Below are positions 41,121 to 50,135 of a DNA stretch of 64,000 bases, piece after piece (position 1 is the stretch's first letter; every line of letters begins with the position of its first letter). Below the pieces are notes generated by a model. That model saw only the letters and a program-made list of their open reading frames with translations. It ran no database searches and was not told the origin of the DNA. Origin of the DNA: Candidatus Multivoradales bacterium (GTDB lineage: Bacteria > Acidobacteriota > Thermoanaerobaculia > Multivoradales > Multivoraceae); the NCBI GenBank assembly GCA_965223325.1, contig CBDCWI010000002.1:384001-448000 (forward strand). Reading direction: 5' to 3'. Made by a program: the position numbers and the translations under genes.

Positions 41121-41828
41121 TCAGGCCTCTGGTGCCACCAACCGACCGGCTTCGAGATCGCGCCGGACGGGAAAGCGCTCGGCAAGCTCACGATCGTGGG
41201 TGACGACGATCAGCATGCGTTCGCCAACCCCCAGACCGACTTCAAAGAGGAGCTCTGAAACTGCTCCCGCAGTTTCCTGGTCGAGATTGCCGGTCGGTTC
41301 ATCGCAAAGCAGCAGACGCGGGCCGTTGATCAGAGCGCGTGCCACCGCCACACGCTGGCGCTCACCCCCCGAGAGCTCCGCCGGTCGATGACCGTGACGC
41401 TTCGAAAGGCCTACCCTGTCGAGGAGATCGACCGCCACCGCCCGCGCGTCGACCGGCGAGCGGCCAATGGCGGTCGCCGGCAGAACGACGTTCTGGATGA
41501 CATCGAACTGCGGCAAGAGGTGATGGTCCTGGAAGACGAAGCCGACGTGTCGGCCGCGATAGGCGGCGAGCTCGGGCTCGGCCAGCTCGTGCGGGCAGCT
41601 GCCGTCGACCAGGACCCGGCCGCTACTCGGACGGTCAAGGCCACCCAGAATGTGTAGCAGGGTGCTCTTTCCCGAACCCGACGGGCCGGTGATCGCCAAG
41701 GCCTCACCGTTCGCAAGGTCGAGGTCGATATCCTTGAGCACGTCGATCTGGTGCTCGCCAGTCGTGTAGGTGCGCGAGACCCCGCGAACCTCGAGCGCGG
41801 CACCCGGCGGGGCTTCAGCGGACATCAT
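41121..41828 (-). CDS. LolD/MacB-type ABC ATP-binding protein
   Basis: GPSGSGKST, GFVFQ, LSGGERQR, CDEPTGNLD, VTH. Confidence 0.95.
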   Translation of the reverse strand: MMSAEAPPGAALEVRGVSRTYTTGEHQIDVLKDIDLDLANGEALAITGPSGSGKSTLLHILGGLDRPSSGRVLVDGSCPHELAEPELAAYRGRHVGFVFQDHHLLPQFDVIQNVVLPATAIGRSPVDARAVAVDLLDRVGLSKRHGHRPAELSGGERQRVAVARALINGPRLLLCDEPTGNLDQETAGAVSELLFEVGLGVGERMLIVVTHDRELAERFPVRRDLEAGRLVAPEA

Positions 41829-41966
41829 GCGGGACCTTTCAGGGAGCGGGAGGGTCGTACGCACCGGTCTCTCAGTCGACGGCCGTAACGGTCCCACCGC
41901 AGGGATTTGAAAGAGTGCCGCAGCATACCGCGCCCGCAACCGCGGACGATCCGCGGCGGCGGCGGC

Positions 41967-42416
41967 TCAGGCCTCAGCGGGAGCCTCGGTGATGCGTTCC
42001 AGCAGCTCGCTGGGGATAGCGATCGAGCGCGGCCCGTCGCCCGTCAACTGGCAGCACACGGCGGTGATCTGCCCCCGTGCCACTTCCTTACCCTGGTGGT
42101 CGAAACAGAAACCCCAGGTGATCGACTTTCGACCGAGGCGCTCGATCCTCACCTTGATCTCGACTTCGTCTTCGAAACGTACCGGGCGAGTGAACGAGGC
42201 ACTCGACGTCACCCGTGGCCAACCGATCTGCTGGCCGCCGATTTCAGTGTGCACGCTGGTACCGACCGCGTTCCAAAACTCGTGCTCTGCCGCCTCCATG
42301 AACACGAAGTAGCGCGAGAAGTGAATGATGCCGGCCATGTCGGTGTCGGCGAACTCGATCCGCCTGCGGGTGGTGAACGCGAAGCGTCGACCCTGTTCAT
42401 CGACCTCTAGCTTCAT
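41967..42416 (-). CDS. Acyl-CoA thioesterase (4HBT/YbgC hot-dog family)
   Basis: FADTDMAGIIHFSRY motif; ATGA overlap with the glycosyltransferase stop. Confidence 0.9.
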   Translation of the reverse strand: MKLEVDEQGRRFAFTTRRRIEFADTDMAGIIHFSRYFVFMEAAEHEFWNAVGTSVHTEIGGQQIGWPRVTSSASFTRPVRFEDEVEIKVRIERLGRKSITWGFCFDHQGKEVARGQITAVCCQLTGDGPRSIAIPSELLERITEAPAEA

Positions 42417-43723
42417 GATCGGTTCTCTGCCGCCACGGCGGCAATCGCCGCCTCGTAAGCGGCGATGGTGCTCGCCGCCATGGCCTTGTCTGAGTAGCGC
42501 TCGAGTACCGAGGTCCGACCCTGGGAACCCAGCTGGCGACGACGTTCCGGATCGCGAAGCAGCATCTCGATCCCAACGGCGAGGGCTTCGGGATCCCCGG
42601 GCTCGACCAGTACCCCGCCGCCGGTCGCCTCGATCATCTCGGGGAAGGCACCGTGCGCCGGCTGTACGACGGGCACTCCACTGGCCATCGCCTCGAGGAC
42701 CGGCAGCCCCTTGGGTTCCTGATAGACCGTGGGGACAGTGAGCACGTGCAGGCGATCGAGCATGTCGAGTTTCGCCTGGTGATCGATCTCGCCGTGGACT
42801 ACAACGTGCTCAGAAAGCCCCCACTCCTCGATGAGCGCGGTTTGCTCGTCCAGATAAGCGTGGTCGCGCCCACCGAGATAGCCGGCGATCTCGAAGCGCA
42901 CCTGGCCTGCCCCGAAGCGTCGACTGAGCAGGCGAAACGCCTGGGCGGCGTGGTGGAGCCCCTTCTCCGGGCAGATCCGGGCGATGTAGCCGACGACCCA
43001 AGGCGGTCCCTCAGCTTCGACGTTCTGATGGCCGTCTGTCGCGATGCCGAGCGGGGCCGTGTGGATCTTCTCGCGCGGCACAGAGAGAAGCTCCGCCATG
43101 CGGTCGGCGTACCACATGCTGGTTGAAACGAAGAGGTCGATGTCGCGACAGCGAGCACGCATCTCGCGGAGCACCTGCTCCTTCCAGGGATCTCTCAGGT
43201 CTTCGAGGAAGATGTCTTCGCCCTGCAAAGCACAAACGATGGGCACTCCTGGCAGGGCATCACGAATGCGATGGGCGATCCCCATCAACATCGAGTTGGT
43301 GATCTGCAGCACGTCGGGGCGGACTTCTTTGGCGAGCCAGCGCACCAGTTCGTCGAGCTCGCGGCTCTGGTCACCGTGCTCGCCGCGGAGCATCGAGAGC
43401 GTCAGGCCACCGAGAGAAGAGGCATCCGTGGCGGCGTTCGAGGTGCGTAGGAGCTTCAAGATGGCCGGCGAATCGAGCCACTTGACGAGTCGACGCGGAA
43501 TGCGCCGCCACAGCGCACTCTTCTCCTCGAGGTAGATATTGATCGCGCCGTAGAACACCCGCTCCGCCTCGACGCTCCCCTCGTCTGTGCGCAACGGGGT
43601 GTAGAGAGGCACCAGGACCGCGTCGTGACCCGCGGCACGTAGGGCGCGCACCAGGGTGACGTCACGAATGCAGCTGCCGCAGATCATTCCGGCAGCACCG
43701 GCCGCGACATAGACGATCTTCAT
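42413..43723 (-). CDS. Glycosyltransferase family 4 (GT-B)
   Basis: True start MKIVYVAAG at 43723 (ATGA overlap with the symporter); ARICPEKG and EPKGLPVLEAMASG (E-x7-E). Confidence 0.9.
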   Translation of the reverse strand: MKIVYVAAGAAGMICGSCIRDVTLVRALRAAGHDAVLVPLYTPLRTDEGSVEAERVFYGAINIYLEEKSALWRRIPRRLVKWLDSPAILKLLRTSNAATDASSLGGLTLSMLRGEHGDQSRELDELVRWLAKEVRPDVLQITNSMLMGIAHRIRDALPGVPIVCALQGEDIFLEDLRDPWKEQVLREMRARCRDIDLFVSTSMWYADRMAELLSVPREKIHTAPLGIATDGHQNVEAEGPPWVVGYIARICPEKGLHHAAQAFRLLSRRFGAGQVRFEIAGYLGGRDHAYLDEQTALIEEWGLSEHVVVHGEIDHQAKLDMLDRLHVLTVPTVYQEPKGLPVLEAMASGVPVVQPAHGAFPEMIEATGGGVLVEPGDPEALAVGIEMLLRDPERRRQLGSQGRTSVLERYSDKAMAASTIAAYEAAIAAVAAENRS

Positions 43724-45225
43724 TGACGCTTTGACCGTCCTGAAGGTCCGCCGGCCACTTGCCCGGCCGGGAAGAAGCGTGCGATGTGCGCCGGCGCGGG
43801 TGCCGGGCCGAGGAGCGATCCCACGACCACGGCCACCGTCGATGCCAGAACCATCGCCGCAACCGGCATCACCCCGGTACCGAGAACCGAGTAGTCGGGT
43901 CGACCGAAACCCTGGGTGAAAAACCACACCCACGCGACGCACACCACAAAGAGCGCACACCACGCACCGGTCTTGTTCGCGCGGCGCCAGTAGAGTCCGG
44001 CAGCCAGGATCGGCACCAGAGCGGCAAAGCCCGAGAACGACCACACCGAAAGGCCGAAGATCGACGGGCCGGAAAGGAGGGAGAGCACATAGGTGACGGC
44101 AATGACGACCGCAACGAACAGTCGGCCGAAGAGCACCTGGCGTGTCTCGTCCATCGCCCCGACGAGGCCGTAGTGTCGCAGAACGTCCTGGGTGAACATC
44201 GTGCCGAGCGACAGCGACTGTGAGTCGAGCGACGACATGATCGCGGCGAACACCCCGGCACCGAGGAGCCCCGCAAGTGCCGCCGGCGCATGCAGAGCGA
44301 TCTGGCGAATCAGAATCGAGTTGGTCGCCGGGCCCTCGAGACCAGGGAAGTCGAGACGGCCGAGTGTGCCGAGAAGCACCATGGGCAGCCACACCGCTCC
44401 GATGCACAGTGGGTAGAAGATCACCGGAGGCTTGAAGGTCTCGGCTTTTTCGGCTGACAACCAGTGCAGAAAGATGTGCGGGAAGGCACCGACCGAAAGC
44501 GGCACAAAAGCATAGGTGATCGCTCGCACCAGGCTCAGGCGTTCGCCGCGCACCAGCATGTCGGGCCGTTCTTCGAACAGGCGCGTCATGGACGGTTCGA
44601 GACCACCGAGACTGCGCACGATGATCACTGCGGTGACCCCTCCCAACAGCATGAACAGCGAGGTCTGGAAGGTGTTGACCCAGGCCGTTCCTCGCATGCC
44701 ACCGAACGACACGTAGATCAGCACCACCGCACAGATCAGGAGACCGCCGAGCCACTGCGGCACTTGACCGTCGGTGATCTGAGCCAGCGTGATACCGCCA
44801 CCGAGAACACCAATCAAGAGGTAGGGCACGAGGAGCAGCACCATCACGATGAACATCGCCAGGCCAAAGGAGCTGCTCTCGAACCGATCGCGTAGGTACT
44901 GAACCTGGGTCAGATAGCCGTAGCGCTTGCCGAGCGCCCAAACCCGCAGGCCGACATAGAAGAAGACCACCGGAACGACGATCGCCGAAGACGACGCCAT
45001 CAGCGTGAAGACCCCGATGCCGACGCGGTAGCTCTCCGCAGAGGAACCGAGCAGCGCGAAGGACGTCATGTGCGTACCGAAGAGCGTCATCAACAGGACG
45101 AAGGGCCCGATCGTGCGACCCGCGACGAACCACTCCGAACCGCTACCCGCGCGAGCCCAGTGCCGCGACGAGACTCCGATGGCGGCCACCAATGCGAGGT
45201 AGCCGAGGATGATGCCGAGAGTCAC
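43720..45225 (-). CDS. Sodium:solute symporter (SSS family)
   Basis: About 13 TM helices, FVAGRTIG, YVSFGGMRGTAW, AAIMSSLDSQ. Confidence 0.93.
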   Translation of the reverse strand: MTLGIILGYLALVAAIGVSSRHWARAGSGSEWFVAGRTIGPFVLLMTLFGTHMTSFALLGSSAESYRVGIGVFTLMASSSAIVVPVVFFYVGLRVWALGKRYGYLTQVQYLRDRFESSSFGLAMFIVMVLLLVPYLLIGVLGGGITLAQITDGQVPQWLGGLLICAVVLIYVSFGGMRGTAWVNTFQTSLFMLLGGVTAVIIVRSLGGLEPSMTRLFEERPDMLVRGERLSLVRAITYAFVPLSVGAFPHIFLHWLSAEKAETFKPPVIFYPLCIGAVWLPMVLLGTLGRLDFPGLEGPATNSILIRQIALHAPAALAGLLGAGVFAAIMSSLDSQSLSLGTMFTQDVLRHYGLVGAMDETRQVLFGRLFVAVVIAVTYVLSLLSGPSIFGLSVWSFSGFAALVPILAAGLYWRRANKTGAWCALFVVCVAWVWFFTQGFGRPDYSVLGTGVMPVAAMVLASTVAVVVGSLLGPAPAPAHIARFFPAGQVAGGPSGRSKRQ

Positions 45226-45231
45226 AGCGGT

Positions 45232-45477
45232 CTAGCTCCTGGCCTCACCGGGAGCCGGCGGCTCGCTGTCATCGGTTCGAGCGGCCCACTGCTCGAGGTC
45301 ACGGGGCCAGGCAACCCGCACCAGAAACCAGAGCACAACCGCCGCTGCCAGGCAGAAGGCCACCTGATAGGCCAGCCCAATGGGCAGCCCCAAGACCAGT
45401 TGCGGGTCATTCCACCACCAGAAGTCGAGTCGCACCAGGAAGAGTGCAACCACCAGAGCTACTGCCAGACGTCTCAT
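45232..45477 (-). CDS. DUF3311-like two-TM partner of the SSS transporter
   Basis: DFWWWNDPQLVLGLPIGLAY motif; lies directly upstream of the SSS gene. Confidence 0.75.
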   Translation of the reverse strand: MRRLAVALVVALFLVRLDFWWWNDPQLVLGLPIGLAYQVAFCLAAAVVLWFLVRVAWPRDLEQWAARTDDSEPPAPGEARS

Positions 45478-45589
45478 GTGCGCCAGAGTGTAGCCTGGAC
45501 AGTGCGTCAGACGAGCGCCTTGATCCCCCGGAAAGCAGGGTTGCAGGATCAAGGTCGCGGTGGGACCAGCGTCGCAGTCTCGCGGCGGG

Positions 45590-46657
45590 CTATTCGGCCA
45601 GGAGTTGGCGATAGCGCGAAGCTGCTTCGATCGCCGCCCGGGGAATGGTCTCGACCGCGACCCGCTTCTTCTTCGCTGGCTGCTGCACCGAGGGTGCGAC
45701 TACCGGCACCATCGTCGTCGCGGTGGTCGGGCGATCGGTCCCCGTCGAGCCCTCGGCCGCCCCCACCGCGGCCGCCATGCGGGCAAGCTGCCCGCCGTCA
45801 CCACTCGCAGCCGAGTTTGCGCTCGCCGGCGGGTGCGCCGCCCCTGCCGAGCCTGCGTCAGGCAAAGACTCCTCGATCGGTGTGCCATCGATCGTCGCTT
45901 CGCCTTCGAACCAACCGTCACTCTCTGGTGTCGCGCCGGCCGGGCGCTCGACCCAACCGACCGACGCAACCTTCTCGACCATCCTGCCGAGGTCTTGGAG
46001 CGCCCGCCGGCGCTCGCTCGTGGTGCCTTCTGGAAGACGGTAGACCCGCTTCTCGATGCGTCGGGCGATGTCTCGAAAGGCCGGCGCGGCAGCGACCCAG
46101 CCCTCTGCCACCCGTAGATCGTGCCTTCTGACGACAGCCGCCACCTCGTTGACATAGTCATCCCAGCGCGCCTTCTCGTAGCGTTCGAGCCAGGAGCGTT
46201 GGTTGACTGCCTCGAACAGAATCTGGACCACACGGTTCGACGGCTTGGCAAAGTCGATCACCGTCGTGTTCGTACCCTCGGTCTTCTCGAGATGATCCTC
46301 GCGGCGCTCGAACATCGCCTCCCGAAACGCCAGGGCGTCCTCCTCCCGGGTGGTGATCTTCGGACCGCGGTCGCGCACCTTCGGCTTCGCCGCCTCCTCG
46401 GTAGCACGGGCGCTCGCCTCGAGGTCGATCGCATCGGTACGAATCATCGTCAACCGGCCAATGTGGTTGGTATAGGTGATGCGCCGGCCCTTGACCTCGT
46501 AGGGCCCCTGGGTCTCGATCGTTTCACCGTCCTTGGTCACCAGGACATCTGCAGGCAGAGAAGTCGGCGCCATCCAGGTGAAGCAAAGCGCCAGCATTAG
46601 AGTGAGCCGAGGGCCAGGTTGCGGAGGTTTCTTCACCGGTTTCTGCTCAGAGTCCAT
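45590..46657 (-). CDS. Hypothetical secreted protein
   Basis: Signal peptide then ADVLVTKDGETIETQGP, helical middle region, low-complexity C-terminus. Confidence 0.65.
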   Translation of the reverse strand: MDSEQKPVKKPPQPGPRLTLMLALCFTWMAPTSLPADVLVTKDGETIETQGPYEVKGRRITYTNHIGRLTMIRTDAIDLEASARATEEAAKPKVRDRGPKITTREEDALAFREAMFERREDHLEKTEGTNTTVIDFAKPSNRVVQILFEAVNQRSWLERYEKARWDDYVNEVAAVVRRHDLRVAEGWVAAAPAFRDIARRIEKRVYRLPEGTTSERRRALQDLGRMVEKVASVGWVERPAGATPESDGWFEGEATIDGTPIEESLPDAGSAGAAHPPASANSAASGDGGQLARMAAAVGAAEGSTGTDRPTTATTMVPVVAPSVQQPAKKKRVAVETIPRAAIEAASRYRQLLAE

Positions 46658-47213
46658 GGTCCATCCCTGTTTCCAGTACCAGGTTTTTCTATTTTAGCTA
46701 GTAATTTGCCCATCGCCAAACGGTCCGCTCCTGTCCTCGGCTTACCTCCTGACCAACGTTGCGAAGCCGCTGACCCAGGCCTCACTGGAGAGAGCGCTTC
46801 GCTCGGGGCGAAGGCCATCCCCTCGACGAGATGGACCGCTCCGGTCTTGCGACCACGAGGAAGACGCGAAGTGACGTGCCCACGACGAACGATTGGACCC
46901 CACCCGCGGGCTCGAAGAGGCGTGACGCCGGGTGGGCGCTTCTACCTGGCTACTTGCGAGAACGCTGTAGCACCGTCGAGCGCCTGATTGAAAGTGCCAT
47001 CCAGAACGCCGTCACCGATCGCGCGATCGACGCCTCCAACTGGCTCGACGAGCGTCGCCCGTGCACCTCGAAGGGGCTGCCTGGCACCACCCGCGCCGCC
47101 CTCGGTCGGCCCAGTACCTGGTCGAAACCCGAGCCCCAGTCAGCGAGCGAGGCGACGAGTCTCGACCGGCCCAATTGCTTGGATCCACAGGATGGGCCAC
47201 ACGCAGGAGTGGC

Positions 47214-48803
47214 TCACTTCCAGAAGGAAACGTCGCCCGACTCGAAGCCGTCGGCGAACAGATGGGGCCCGACCGGCTCCCCGGTTTGCCAGCGTTCCTT
47301 TGCTGGGTTGCTGCATAGGGCCGGTCGCGAGTCGAGGGGCGCTGGCCAGGGCTTGTTGCCGTAGAACGCCGGGCGGCTCTCGAGGTATAGGGAGTCGGGG
47401 ATCTCCTGCGGGAGGCCGCTCTGCCAGGTCGTGCCAGCAGAAGTGTAGTTGCCGTGCTCGATGGTGTCCTCGACGCCGGCCTCGATCTCGATCTCTTCTC
47501 CAGCGCCCACCAAATCGTTGGCGATGAGGTTCTGACGATGCGATTGGTCGCTTACGTCGAGGCCTTCGCCTTCGAAGCAGTTGCGCAGGAGGGTGTTGCC
47601 CGGGCCGGCCGGGCCCCAGTAATCCGCGATGTGTGCCTCTTGTACGACGTTGCCTTCGAAGAGGTTGAACGCGGCGTAGTGGCCGTGAACTGAGATGTCG
47701 GGGGGCGACCAGCTTTCACCCGACACGGTTTCCCGCGAGTAGTTGTAGCCGAAGACGTTGCCGCTGGCGCCTACCTGGACGAGCATGGCATGGCGCAGCG
47801 ACTCGAAGACGTTGTTCTCGACCAGACAGTCGGTGGTGTGACGGCCGAGCTCGACACCGTAGCCATGGCCGCCGCTCCCGTAGTCGTGGCTGTGGTGGAG
47901 GTAGCTGTCGCGCACCAGGCAGCCGTAGGTGACCTGGGTGCTGATGTGGGCACGCACCGTGCTGGAAGTCTCGATCCCGATGAACCAGATGTTGGCGGCG
48001 TTTCGAACCCGCACGGTTTCGCCGTCGCCATCGTCTAAACGGTTGATCGACAGATGCTCGAGGCCGACTTCTTCGATCAGACCTTGCGGCCTGATGCGCG
48101 GATTGAGCGACGGTTCGTACGGGAAGTGCAGCGGGTCGCGCAGGGTCAGACTGTTACCCGAGCGCGCAGTGACCCACACGACCTCCCCTACCGAGCCGTC
48201 AGCCCACGAAACATCCCAGCGCGGATCGGTGTACATGATCTCGGGGTCGTTTTCCTGCTCGATCTCAGCCCAACCTGGAACGGTGAACGAAGAGGCGTCG
48301 GCAACGGTGACCTGGCGGGCACCCTTCGCCGCACCCGCGGGTACGCCGGTCCACTCACCCCGGTCGTAGCGCAGAATTTCGATCGGATCTTCGTCCCGAC
48401 CCGCGAGATCGAAGACCAGGCGACTCGAGGTTCCGACTCCCCGCAGGACGACCCGCGACTCGAGTTCGAGGTGCTGCTCTAGCAGGTAGTGGCCTGCGGG
48501 TACCAGGACGGTGCCCCCCGAAGCCGGCACCGCATCGATCGCAGCCTGAAACGCCGCGGCGTCATTGGCTACGCCATTGCCGTGGGCCCCGAAGTCGACC
48601 ACCGTGTGCACCACCGGGAAAACTGGTGGACCTTCGGCCATCGCCGGCTGCCAATCGACCGTGCGGTCGCTGGTGAGATAGGCGGGGGCCCGCCGCTCAG
48701 ACTGATTGAAGGCCTGCGCGGTGAGACCGCCGGCAGCCAGAAGCGTGAGCAAGAGGAGCACGCCCGTAGCCGGGCGGGCCAGGATCGAGGAAAAGTTCGG
48801 CAT
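47214..48803 (-). CDS. Secreted right-handed beta-helix protein (pectate-lyase/GH28-like fold) with C-terminal FADGFESGD tail
   Basis: VVDFGAHGNGVANDAAAFQAAID, VPAGHY, LRGVG, and repeated Asn-ladder coils (LVENNVF, GNVFGYN, NLFEGN). Confidence 0.8.
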   Translation of the reverse strand: MPNFSSILARPATGVLLLLTLLAAGGLTAQAFNQSERRAPAYLTSDRTVDWQPAMAEGPPVFPVVHTVVDFGAHGNGVANDAAAFQAAIDAVPASGGTVLVPAGHYLLEQHLELESRVVLRGVGTSSRLVFDLAGRDEDPIEILRYDRGEWTGVPAGAAKGARQVTVADASSFTVPGWAEIEQENDPEIMYTDPRWDVSWADGSVGEVVWVTARSGNSLTLRDPLHFPYEPSLNPRIRPQGLIEEVGLEHLSINRLDDGDGETVRVRNAANIWFIGIETSSTVRAHISTQVTYGCLVRDSYLHHSHDYGSGGHGYGVELGRHTTDCLVENNVFESLRHAMLVQVGASGNVFGYNYSRETVSGESWSPPDISVHGHYAAFNLFEGNVVQEAHIADYWGPAGPGNTLLRNCFEGEGLDVSDQSHRQNLIANDLVGAGEEIEIEAGVEDTIEHGNYTSAGTTWQSGLPQEIPDSLYLESRPAFYGNKPWPAPLDSRPALCSNPAKERWQTGEPVGPHLFADGFESGDVSFWK

Positions 48804-48860
48804 ATGCCGATATTACTATAGTTCTGCGCCTTCGGCCATCCCGATCCTCAAAGCCGCTCG

Positions 48861-50135
48861 TCAGCCCGCTGTAGGAACGGACCCGGCTGCCGTCTCCTCG
48901 CGAGCCGCCGCCAACATGGCGTTCATGTCGCGGTACATGGCACTGAAGTCGGTTTCGAAGACGTCGCCGATCAGGACCCGGGTGACTGCACTTTGATGCT
49001 CTGGATGTTTCTTCAAGAACCGGCCGAAGCTGAACTCAGGGTCGTAGAACGAGCGCACCAGACCGAGCACCGCGGAGATCCCCCGCTCGAGTCGCCCCCT
49101 GAAGGAACCGATGCGCTCACCGGAGAGATCGCCCTCGGCGATCGCAAGGACGGCTGTGTCAGCCGCCATCACTCCGGCGTGTAGGGCCAGAAACACCCCC
49201 GACGAATACACCGGATCGATGAAGCTGAAGGCATCTCCCACCAGAACCCAACCGTCGCCCGCCATGCGCTCGAACTGATACGAAAAATCACGCACCATGT
49301 CGACTGGACGACACTGCACTGCACCCTCGAGCCGCCGTCTGATTTCGGGACAGCGCCTCGTCTCCTCGAAGAAGACCTCGTGCGGCAACTTGCCGCTACG
49401 CTTCATCGCCGCGGCGGGTCCCACGACGCCGATCGAGACCACGTCATCGGGTAGTGGGATGTACCAGAACCAGGAGTCGCCTTCGGGAACCGTCTGCAGA
49501 ATCAGGGTGGCGCCCTCGTCGACGCCTTCATCGCGCCAGGCTCCTTTGAACCAGGTAAAGATCGAGGCGTGACGCAGGTCGTAGTCCTTCTTGCCGAGAT
49601 CGAAGTGTCGCCCGAGAACCGTGCTCTGCCCACTCCCGTCGATGAAAACCTTCAACGAGACCTCGGCCTCGCAGCCTTCTTTGTCACGCAGGCAAACGCC
49701 GGTGACCTGCGCGCCGTCGCGAACGACGTCATGCACACTCAGGCCGCGCAAGCACTCCGCGCCCCGCTCTCGGGCACACTCGAAAAGCATCTGATCGAAG
49801 TCGGCCCGTCTTACCTGCCAGGTTCGAGCGCGCTCCTCTGGAACTTCGTCCTTGAAGTAGAACGGCGCTGAGGCGCGACCATTCCTGGCGTAGAACTGCA
49901 CACTGTGCTTCTCGACGAAGTTCGACTCCTTCAACTTCTCGAGTGCCCCCATGCGTACCAAAGCATCGTAGGTCTCGGGCATCAGCGACTCACCAATCTT
50001 GAATCGCGGTGCCTCATCACGCTCGACGAGAAGGGTACTGAGACCTTCGCGAGCCGCGACTGCCGCTGCCGCGCAGCCGGCCGGCCCGGCGCCCACGACC
50101 ACCACGTCATAGGCGTCTCGCAGAGGGGCGCTCAT
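48861..50135 (-). CDS. Flavin-dependent halogenase-like oxidoreductase
   Basis: GAGPAG, KIGESLMP, Lys in FVEKHS, WFWYIP (WxWxIP), GDAFSFIDPVYSSG. Confidence 0.8.
   Translation of the reverse strand: MSAPLRDAYDVVVVGAGPAGCAAAAVAAREGLSTLLVERDEAPRFKIGESLMPETYDALVRMGALEKLKESNFVEKHSVQFYARNGRASAPFYFKDEVPEERARTWQVRRADFDQMLFECARERGAECLRGLSVHDVVRDGAQVTGVCLRDKEGCEAEVSLKVFIDGSGQSTVLGRHFDLGKKDYDLRHASIFTWFKGAWRDEGVDEGATLILQTVPEGDSWFWYIPLPDDVVSIGVVGPAAAMKRSGKLPHEVFFEETRRCPEIRRRLEGAVQCRPVDMVRDFSYQFERMAGDGWVLVGDAFSFIDPVYSSGVFLALHAGVMAADTAVLAIAEGDLSGERIGSFRGRLERGISAVLGLVRSFYDPEFSFGRFLKKHPEHQSAVTRVLIGDVFETDFSAMYRDMNAMLAAAREETAAGSVPTAG

Noticed and set aside
42413-45133. 906-aa ORF that looks like a glycosyltransferase with a huge N-terminal fusion
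   Set aside because: The first ~470 codons are an alternate frame over the SSS gene with Arg-rich, non-protein-like composition; the real start is ATG 43723
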